Source: an uncultured Alteromonas sp. (GTDB lineage Bacteria > Bacteroidota > Bacteroidia > Flavobacteriales > Flavobacteriaceae). From it: a stretch of DNA of 64,000 nucleotides. Location: the NCBI GenBank assembly GCA_964582415.1, contig CAZOSF010000003.1:1535-65534 (forward strand), written 5' to 3'. Position 1 is the first letter of the stretch. Each line of letters begins with the position of its first letter. The position numbers were made by a program, and so were the translations under genes. The notes under the pieces were generated by a model that was not told the origin of the DNA, did not search any database, and was given only the letters and a program-made list of their open reading frames with translations. Of this stretch, positions 57,506-64,000 are shown one piece after another.

Positions 57506-58780
57506 ATGAGCAAAAAGACACTAATCTGGTTATTGGTAGGCCTCGCAGCAGTGGCCGTTTCATTGGTTGTTTGGAAAAAAGCCTTCGGAAAGGACAGCAA
57601 TGTTCGAGAGGTGGAAGTAGTGACCATTAAACCTATGGATATAACTGAAACGGTGGCAGCAACTGGGAAAATACAGCCCGAAATTGAGGTGATGCTGTCT
57701 TCGGAAGTATCTGGAGAGATTATCGCACTTCCTATAAAGGAAGGACAACAGGTTGAAAAAGGGGATTTATTGGTTAGGATCAATCCAGATCTTATCCAAT
57801 CGGCACTTTCACAAGCCCAGGCTGGGCTGCAAAACGCCAGAGCACAACTTTCTCAAGCTACAGCCTCACTTAAAAATGCCGAACTCACGTATAATAGAAA
57901 CAAAACCTTGTTCGAGAAAGGGGTGATTTCTGCAAGTGAATGGGACCGTATGGTTGCGGACTACGAAATGGCACAAGCCAACAAAGAATCGGCATATTTC
58001 AGCGTGCAAAGTGCAGCAGCAAACGTGAAACAAACCCAGGACAACCTATCACGTACAACGCTGTACGCGCCCATGTCGGGGACTATTTCTAAATTATCGG
58101 TGGAATTGGGAGAAAGGGTAGTAGGAACCGCTCAGATGGCTGGGACCGAAATTCTTAGGGTAGCCAATCTCTCCAATATGGAAGTGGAGGTCGATGTTAA
58201 TGAAAACGATATCGTGAAAGTAGCTATCGGCGATTCCACCATTGTTGAAGTAGATGCATACTTAAAGCGCCAATTCAAAGGAATTGTTACGGAAATAGCC
58301 AACTCCGCGGAAAGTACATTAACCGCAGACCAGGTAACTAACTTTAAAGTTAAGGTTCGTATTCTTGCAGATTCCTACAAAGACTTAGTCGAGGGAAAAT
58401 CTGAAAATTACTCACCTTTCCGTCCAGGAATGACAGCAACCGTGGATATCATTACTGAAAAGAAAGACAATATCATTGGGGTTCCAATCAGTGCCGTTGT
58501 AGTAAAATCGGATACAACTTCGAAAAAACCGGGTGAGACCAAGGAAAAGGTGAAAGATTCCGACGAGAAATTTGAATGTGTATTTGTAAAGGAAGGAGAG
58601 GTTGCAAAACTCCGCGTTGTGGAAACAGGAATTCAAGATGATGAATATATTGAAATTCTCACCGGACTTAAAGAAGAAGAGGTGGTCATCACCGGACCGT
58701 ATAATTTAGTGACAAAAATCTTGGATAGCGGCGATAAAGTTGCAGAAAAAACTTCCGAATCCGATAAAGAAGAAAAATAA
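57506..58780 (+). CDS. Efflux periplasmic adaptor (HlyD/MacA family) 2
   Basis: N-terminal TM, a lipoyl-like motif (GEIIALPIKEGQQVEKGDLLVRI), a coiled coil and a beta-barrel domain. It is distinct from adaptor 1. Confidence 0.85.
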   Translation: MSKKTLIWLLVGLAAVAVSLVVWKKAFGKDSNVREVEVVTIKPMDITETVAATGKIQPEIEVMLSSEVSGEIIALPIKEGQQVEKGDLLVRINPDLIQSALSQAQAGLQNARAQLSQATASLKNAELTYNRNKTLFEKGVISASEWDRMVADYEMAQANKESAYFSVQSAAANVKQTQDNLSRTTLYAPMSGTISKLSVELGERVVGTAQMAGTEILRVANLSNMEVEVDVNENDIVKVAIGDSTIVEVDAYLKRQFKGIVTEIANSAESTLTADQVTNFKVKVRILADSYKDLVEGKSENYSPFRPGMTATVDIITEKKDNIIGVPISAVVVKSDTTSKKPGETKEKVKDSDEKFECVFVKEGEVAKLRVVETGIQDDEYIEILTGLKEEEVVITGPYNLVTKILDSGDKVAEKTSESDKEEK

Positions 58781-59448
58781 TGGCTTTGATTCTTTGTATT
58801 GAGACAGCCACCACCAATTGTTCAGTAGCGCTTTCAAAAGATGGAAGCGTTATTGCTTTTAAAGAAGACAACAGTAAGGAGTATTCACATTCCGAACGAC
58901 TGCACGGATTTATAGAATCGGTTCTTAAAGAAGCCGAGGTTGCCTTGGAGGAGTTGGATGCAATTGCGGTTAGCAAAGGACCAGGGTCTTATACTGGCTT
59001 ACGAATTGGGGTTTCCACAGTGAAAGGACTATGCTATGCTGTAGATAAACCAATGATTGCTACCTCAACACTTCAAACTTTGGCTTTGAGTGTCAGAGAG
59101 CCCGTCGATTTCATTGTGCCTATGTTGGATGCACGAAGAATGGAGGTGTATTCTTCAGTCAATACTGGCAAAGGAATTCCATTACGTGAAATCAAGGCGG
59201 AAATTCTAAACACCGACTCCTTCCATGAGTATTTAAGCAAAGGAAAAGTTGTATTCATTGGTAACGGAGTTGCGAAGTTTCAGGAGATATGCCAACACCC
59301 CAATGCTCGTTTCTTGGAACGGCTACCTTCTGCCAAAGAGATGTGTTCCTTGGTACAAAGTAAATTCGATGAAAAGGAATGGGAGGATGTAGCTTATTTT
59401 GAACCTTACTACCTGAAAGATTTCATTACCACAGGATCGAAAAGCTAA
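58780..59448 (+). CDS. tsaB: tRNA t6A37 threonylcarbamoyltransferase complex subunit TsaB
   Basis: LCIETATTNCSVAL...AVSKGPGSYTGLRIGVSTVKGL. There is a TAATG overlap with the preceding adaptor gene. Confidence 0.88.
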   Translation: MALILCIETATTNCSVALSKDGSVIAFKEDNSKEYSHSERLHGFIESVLKEAEVALEELDAIAVSKGPGSYTGLRIGVSTVKGLCYAVDKPMIATSTLQTLALSVREPVDFIVPMLDARRMEVYSSVNTGKGIPLREIKAEILNTDSFHEYLSKGKVVFIGNGVAKFQEICQHPNARFLERLPSAKEMCSLVQSKFDEKEWEDVAYFEPYYLKDFITTGSKS

Positions 59449-59453
59449 AAATT

Positions 59454-59485
59454 AAAAAAGGCATTGGGTAACCAATGCCTTTTTC
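59454..59485. terminator. Bidirectional intrinsic terminator between tsaB and the convergent hypothetical gene
   Basis: aaaaaa-GGCATTGG-gtaa-CCAATGCC-ttttt. Confidence 0.8.
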
Positions 59486-59510
59486 AAAATCATAAAATAA
59501 TTCCTAAATA

Positions 59511-60248
59511 TTAGGGTTTTTTCACGATGTCTCCATTACCCGTTGCCTGCTCCTGCAGACTTTCATAAAAATGGATAACCTCGGTAAGCTCTCTTTCAAA
59601 AGTATCCTCTTTAAATCTGAAATCCTTCTCCTTGATGAATTCCTTAATTTCATCTTTAAACTTTGGGAAGATTTTACGAACGCCACTGCGACTCGTTCTT
59701 ATTTCTTCAAATTTTTTCCCTATTTGGAAGTAGTAGGTGTCTTTGGTAATGTAAGAAGGTAAAATGTCCCTAGTTAAATGGGTGACAGCTTTTTGACCCT
59801 CTTTGAATACTTTGATGGGTTTTAGGTAAACAGCATATTCTGGTCCTTGATACACTTTTCTGAAAAACTGTTTCATCCCCGTAATTGGATTGAACATCAA
59901 TGAAAAGTGCTCGTTTCCATAGTCAAAAGAAATACCAGGTTTGCTCTGGATAGTTTCAATTTTTCCATCCTGATTACCTCTAATTTCGATGACTTCCTTA
60001 TGCACGTTATACCGTAACAATATGTTATCGGCAATAATGCTGTCATTAAAATAAACCTTCCCTAGCTTATATTGCGTGTCGTAATAAGGGCTTCCAACAA
60101 ATTCAGTTGGATTCCAAGGCTGGTCTACTACCCTTGAAGATATAAGATTGCTTTGTACCGATCTCAATCCTGCGTTTCGAACAGCTTGAGAAAATGATTG
60201 TAATGTGAAAACTAGAAAAAGTGCTAGTGTAAATTTAATATGCTTCAT
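59511..60248 (-). CDS. Hypothetical secreted protein (245 aa)
   Basis: The start at ATG 60246-60248 gives a clean signal peptide, MKHIKFTLALFLVFTLQSFSQ. No recognisable family. Confidence 0.6.
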   Translation of the reverse strand: MKHIKFTLALFLVFTLQSFSQAVRNAGLRSVQSNLISSRVVDQPWNPTEFVGSPYYDTQYKLGKVYFNDSIIADNILLRYNVHKEVIEIRGNQDGKIETIQSKPGISFDYGNEHFSLMFNPITGMKQFFRKVYQGPEYAVYLKPIKVFKEGQKAVTHLTRDILPSYITKDTYYFQIGKKFEEIRTSRSGVRKIFPKFKDEIKEFIKEKDFRFKEDTFERELTEVIHFYESLQEQATGNGDIVKKP

Positions 60249-60417
60249 AAAGGGGGTATAATTTCTTATGTACGCTGCCAAAATTGGGCAAACGATTAAG
60301 GTTGCGATTTTATGATTTGATGAATCTTTTAAAACAAGAAATTTCTGTCCTTGAATCAAAGTGGCGAATATACCCAAAGCAGGGCAGGATAGCTGTTAAA
60401 AAAAAGGAAAAAATATC

Positions 60418-62532
60418 TTAAAAGTCAGATTCTAAGAGTTTCAACCCAGTAGCTACCTCTTCCACTGGAAGCTTACAGGTGTTGTTTCGGCAAACGTAAA
60501 TAAAAGTGTGACCCTCTACGTATCTATTTTCAAGCAAAGGCAAGTTGTCTTCCTCTATACTTCCCGCTATGAGTTCATTTGGTAGATATTTTTTGGTGAG
60601 TTCGCGTTGGAGTGTTTTCGCATCATCTCCCACAATGACCACTTCATAAAATGGAAAGCGATAATTGGCAAGTAGATCAATCCAATTCGACAAACTTCCG
60701 GGATATTTTTCCAGTTCGGGCTGAACATTTTTCAACATTTGTTCGGCCAGATTTGCATATTCATCCCGATACATATGGTGTGAAAGAAGGAAAAGATTTT
60801 TAGCCATGATGGAATTGGAAGCTGGGATGACATTGTCCCTATAGTCGATACTCCTGGAGAGTATTTCCTTATCCTCCTTGGAGGTGAAATAAAACATTTG
60901 AGATTCTGGATCCAAAAACTTATCGATGGAGTATTGGGCCAATGCATCTGCGGTAAGAAGCCATTTTTTATCAAAGGTCACTTCGTAAAGAGCTAAAAAT
61001 GCTTGAATCGTACTTGCATAATCTTCTAAATACCCATTTATGGTACTCTTCCCTTGTTTATAGTTATGAAAGAGGGAACCATCATTTTTTAACTGTTTCT
61101 GAAGAATGAATTCGCCATTCCGTATCGCTCTCTCTAGATAGGTTGGGTTTTCAAAAGATTTATAGGCATCCACGTATCCCTTAATCATCAGAGCGTTCCA
61201 TGAGGTTAGGGATTTGTCATCGAGTCTTGGTTTTTCACGTTCATCTCGATATTCAAACAGCACTTCCTTCCAATGCGTCACTTTTTCTTTTAAGTCGACC
61301 ACGGAAATCGAATGTATGCTAGCTATTTCCTCTGGACTTTTCGACCGCACCAAAACATATCTCTGAGATTCTTTCCAAAGTCCATAGTCGTTGATGTTAA
61401 AATAATCTGCAAATAGGTTCCAGTCATCAGTGATAAGTGACCTCAGTTCCTCTAAGGAATAAGTATAAAATGCCCCTTCTTCCAATTCGCCCGCTTCATT
61501 ATGGCTGTCGGCATCAAGTGAGGAATAAAAAACACCTTCTGGATGAGTGAATTCCGTTTCGATAAAATCTAACGTTTCCTCTACTACCTGCTTGTACAGG
61601 GCCTTTTGCTCGGAGCGATAAGCGATACTGTACAGGGAAACCAATTGCGCATTGTCGTACAGCATTTTTTCGAAATGAGGGATGTGCCAACGATCATCGG
61701 TGCTGTAACGCGCAAAACCACCGCCCACATGGTCATAAAGACCTCCGTATGCCATTTTCTGAAGACTGCGATGTACTTGCTGGGAAAGAGAATTATCTTT
61801 GGTGTTAAATCCCCAACGAAGTAAGGTTTCCCATTGGTTAGGCATCATGAATTTTGGGGCACCACGATTACCTCCATCAATCGTATCAAATTGGTTTTTC
61901 CATTTTTGGATCATTTTGGAAGCATCATATTCTTTAAAATTCAGGTCAGAAGTATTAAGGGTAACTAAATCCAAACTTTTAATTCCTTCTTCCAACTTAC
62001 TGGCATAGGCTTCCAGCTTTTCTGGCGAAGTCTCATACAATTCCTGAAGCTGGTTCAATACCCGAATCCAATCATCTTTTTTAAAATAGGTGCCACCAAA
62101 AACAGGTCTTCCGTCGGGTAGGGTTATCGCATTTAGTGGCCACCCAGCGTTTCCTGTCATTAATTGAACCGCATTGATATAGGTTTGATCCACATCAGGG
62201 CGCTCCTCCCGGTCTACTTTTATAGAAATAAAATGAGTATTCATTACGGCTGCGACGGTAGAATCCTCAAAACTTTCCTTTTCCATAACATGACACCAGT
62301 GACAGGCGGCGTACCCAATACTAATGACCATCAGTTTATTGGTTTGACGAGCTTCTTCAAGGGCGCTATCCCCCCAGGGCTTCCAGTTAACGGGATTATG
62401 GGCGTGTTGAAGTAGATACGGACTTGTTTCGTTAATTAAATCATTAGTGTATTGATGTGTTTCCAAAGGAGATTTGTTTGAGGTGTTACATGCAACGAAT
62501 ACAATTGCCAAGAGCAGTGCTGGAAATCTCAT
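60418..62532 (-). CDS. Thioredoxin-domain protein of the DUF255/YyaL type (thioredoxin-like N-domain plus alpha/alpha-toroid domain), lipoprotein
   Basis: Lipobox VFVAC and the hallmark [18 protein letters not shown] motif in a 704-aa ORF. Confidence 0.85.
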   Translation of the reverse strand: MRFPALLLAIVFVACNTSNKSPLETHQYTNDLINETSPYLLQHAHNPVNWKPWGDSALEEARQTNKLMVISIGYAACHWCHVMEKESFEDSTVAAVMNTHFISIKVDREERPDVDQTYINAVQLMTGNAGWPLNAITLPDGRPVFGGTYFKKDDWIRVLNQLQELYETSPEKLEAYASKLEEGIKSLDLVTLNTSDLNFKEYDASKMIQKWKNQFDTIDGGNRGAPKFMMPNQWETLLRWGFNTKDNSLSQQVHRSLQKMAYGGLYDHVGGGFARYSTDDRWHIPHFEKMLYDNAQLVSLYSIAYRSEQKALYKQVVEETLDFIETEFTHPEGVFYSSLDADSHNEAGELEEGAFYTYSLEELRSLITDDWNLFADYFNINDYGLWKESQRYVLVRSKSPEEIASIHSISVVDLKEKVTHWKEVLFEYRDEREKPRLDDKSLTSWNALMIKGYVDAYKSFENPTYLERAIRNGEFILQKQLKNDGSLFHNYKQGKSTINGYLEDYASTIQAFLALYEVTFDKKWLLTADALAQYSIDKFLDPESQMFYFTSKEDKEILSRSIDYRDNVIPASNSIMAKNLFLLSHHMYRDEYANLAEQMLKNVQPELEKYPGSLSNWIDLLANYRFPFYEVVIVGDDAKTLQRELTKKYLPNELIAGSIEEDNLPLLENRYVEGHTFIYVCRNNTCKLPVEEVATGLKLLESDF

Positions 62533-62551
62533 AGATACGGGCAGAAATAAA

Positions 62552-62580
62552 ATACGCCTTCGACAATTTCAAAGGCGTAT
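62552..62580 (-). terminator. Hairpin downstream of the dodecin gene (terminator candidate)
   Basis: ATACGCCTT-(11 nt)-AAGGCGTAT. The minus strand continues with a T-rich tract (tttatttct). Confidence 0.45.
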
Positions 62581-62600
62581 CGAAAATACAATTTTATAAA

Positions 62601-62801
62601 TTATTTTACTTCAAACGTAATTTTAACGTTCACCCGGTATTCAACAATTTCTTCATCGTCTACTACGGCACTTTGTTCCTGTACGTAAACAGATCGGATA
62701 TGTTTAACGCTTTTTGAAGCAGTTTTTACAGCATTATTGGCTGCATCCTCCCAGCTTTTGGTGGAATTTGCCATGATTTCGATAACTTTTAAGATAGCCA
62801 T
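62601..62801 (-). CDS. Dodecin family (flavin-binding) protein
   Basis: 66-aa ORF. KVIEIMANSTKSWEDAANNAVKTASKSVKHIRSVYVQEQ matches the dodecin pattern. Confidence 0.75.
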   Translation of the reverse strand: MAILKVIEIMANSTKSWEDAANNAVKTASKSVKHIRSVYVQEQSAVVDDEEIVEYRVNVKITFEVK

Positions 62802-62857
62802 AGTACTAAATTTTAAAGGATTAATAATGAAGCTATAAGTTACGAAAAAAATACAGA

Positions 62858-63766
62858 TTAACCGTTGATGGCCTCAACATGATTAACCCTGCCATTCAGC
62901 ATTTCGCGGAGCATGGTTTCAATGCCGTTTTTCAATGTTATGGTCGAGGAAGGACAACCACTGCAAGCCCCTTGTAGGATAACGCGAACTGTTTTAGATT
63001 CCTCATGAAACGAGTCGAATGCGATGTAACCACCATCTCCCGCTACCGCTGGTGCAACATATTCATTGAGAATTGAGACAATCTCCTTTTCAATATCTGT
63101 TTGAATTGCCTGCCCGCCATTTTTGTGGGAAATGGTGTCCTCCGATTGGGTGGCAGTAAGTGTGGAATCATCTAGAATAGGTAATCCTTGTTCAAAATAA
63201 TCCCTCAAGAAATCTCTTAGCTCCATCACAATGTCATTCCAATCCAACCCAGGAATTTTTGTGATAGAAACGTAATTGGAGCTCATGAATACTTCCTGAA
63301 CAAATGGAAATTGAAAAAGGGCCTTCGCCAAAGGCGAGTTTTCCGAGGCTGCTCCCGATTTATATTCAAATTGACCTGAGACAAGGGGTTTATTGGCCAC
63401 AAATTTCATCACTTCAGGATTAGGAGTACTCTCTGCATACATGCTTACTGGCACTTTCTTTGGTCCTGAGGCCTTTTCAATAACTTGCTGCCCCGAATTC
63501 AAATACGTTTCAATAGATTCGGCTACTTCTTTTTCCACTTCTTCCCAAGACACGATTTCATATTTTTCAATAGCTACGAAGTTTTGGGCGATATACACTG
63601 TTTTCACAAAGGGTAGGTGGAAAAGTTGTTGGGCCAATGGGCTTGGTTTTGCTTCATCGATATTGTTGAACTCGAAGCTTTCGGCATGCACCAAAAACGA
63701 ATTGGCAATAAACTTCCGAATATTTGCGTTTTTAGTGGGTTGGGGAGTAATGTTAAAATGATGCAT
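62858..63766 (-). CDS. NifU family Fe-S cluster assembly protein (two Nfu_N-like repeats plus a NifU C-terminal CxxC domain)
   Basis: Two repeats (SPLAQQLFHLPFVKTVYIAQNFVAI / SPLAKALFQFPFVQEVFMSSNYVSI) and a C-terminal GACSGCPSS. I place the start at ATG 63764-63766 (MHHFNI...), because a -7 box lies inside the longer ORF-track extension. Confidence 0.8.
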   Translation of the reverse strand: MHHFNITPQPTKNANIRKFIANSFLVHAESFEFNNIDEAKPSPLAQQLFHLPFVKTVYIAQNFVAIEKYEIVSWEEVEKEVAESIETYLNSGQQVIEKASGPKKVPVSMYAESTPNPEVMKFVANKPLVSGQFEYKSGAASENSPLAKALFQFPFVQEVFMSSNYVSITKIPGLDWNDIVMELRDFLRDYFEQGLPILDDSTLTATQSEDTISHKNGGQAIQTDIEKEIVSILNEYVAPAVAGDGGYIAFDSFHEESKTVRVILQGACSGCPSSTITLKNGIETMLREMLNGRVNHVEAING

Positions 63767-63783
63767 GGGCTGGCATTTTTTCG

Positions 63784-63791
63784 CAAAATTA
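63784..63791 (-). promoter_or_regulatory. Candidate -7 box (TAATTTTG on the minus strand) for the NifU gene
   Basis: The plus strand reads CAAAATTA, 18 nt upstream of the ATG at 63766. Confidence 0.45.
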
Positions 63792-63814
63792 TCAAACAAA
63801 ACCAATGTATTCAA

Positions 63815-63822
63815 TATATTTG
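63815..63822 (+). promoter_or_regulatory. Candidate -7 box (TATATTTG) for the right-edge gene
   Basis: Exact TAnnTTTG match 18 nt upstream of the ATG at 63841. Confidence 0.45.
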
Positions 63823-63840
63823 GCAAATTAACACCTATTT

Positions 63841-64000
63841 ATGAAAAGACTACTACCCCAAATCTTAGTGTTGTTTTCATTCTGCGGGTATGCTCAAATT
63901 TCGGTTGACAATACAACCTATTCCCTTGAGCAGCTGATAAACGATGTTTTGATATCTGGATCTTGTGTTCAAGCTGAAAACATTGTATCTCCAAACAACA
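63841..64000 (+). CDS. Secreted protein, N-terminal fragment (possible large surface/adhesin-type protein); continues off the right edge
   Basis: Hand translation gives MKRLLPQILVLFSFCGYAQISVDNTTYSLEQLINDVLISGSCVQAENIVSPNN, a clean signal peptide. The LEQLINDVL.SG.CVQ..N start resembles the N-termini of flavobacterial T9SS-secreted multidomain proteins, from memory. Confidence 0.5.
   Translation, partial: MKRLLPQILVLFSFCGYAQISVDNTTYSLEQLINDVLISGSCVQAENIVSPNN

Noticed and set aside
60249-60377. 43-codon N-terminal extension of the hypothetical protein ORF
   Set aside because: The internal Met gives a textbook signal peptide (MKHIKFTLALFLVFTLQSFSQ). The extension is not signal-like and would bury it.
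63767-63826. 20-codon N-terminal extension of the NifU ORF
   Set aside because: An exact minus-strand -7 box (63784-63791) lies inside the extension, so transcription probably starts downstream of the longer start codon.

Overview
This 64 kb window looks like a chromosomal, mostly core-genome segment from a Flavobacteriia-class Bacteroidota genome. That assignment is inferred from sprA (T9SS), an alternative-complex-III/aa3 respiratory operon, repeated TAnnTTTG -7 promoter boxes and the absence of obvious Shine-Dalgarno sites. I support about 57 protein-coding genes, two of them truncated at the window edges. I found no rRNA, tRNA, CRISPR array, IS element, integrase or prophage signature by eye.

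Gene blocks, left to right:
- tsaC fragment and an M49-like lipoprotein peptidase.
- A minus-strand iron/stress cluster: ferritin, small protein, holin-X-like membrane protein, YtxH, Dps, tandem Usp.
- rimP-nusA-infB.
- A SPOR-domain protein.
- An 8-gene actABCDEF-coxII-coxI operon.
- ruvB, queG, maeB, ruvA.
- The 2422-aa sprA, then gcvH and a VanZ-family gene.
- Two tandem TonB paralogs.
- A minus-strand operon (TPR hybrid histidine kinase, stand-alone receiver, Hpt, secreted TPR-esterase) divergent from a LytTR regulator.
- A Wzi/RemB-like outer-membrane protein and an MBL-fold hydrolase.
- A second respiratory block: cyoE, two subunit-III genes, subunit IV, a Cys-less SCO paralog, SCO, DUF420 and a small CxxC membrane protein.
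- A MacB-type ABC efflux operon with two permeases, two adaptors and TolC.
- tsaB and a hypothetical secreted protein.
- A DUF255 thioredoxin-domain protein, dodecin and NifU.
- The 5' end of a secreted protein.

I do not see a clear-cut novel defence or mobile system, and most of the window is ordinary housekeeping. The best candidates for a second look are:
- the split phosphorelay plus esterase operon, with a tandem 20-bp repeat in its divergent control region;
- a terminator-like hairpin in the rimP-nusA-infB leader;
- the uncharacterised accessory genes of the oxidase-assembly block (Cys-less SCO, small CxxC protein);
- a C-terminal H3TH-like domain fused to ActC;
- the two-adaptor ABC pump.

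All functional calls rest on motif recognition by eye. No database search was run.
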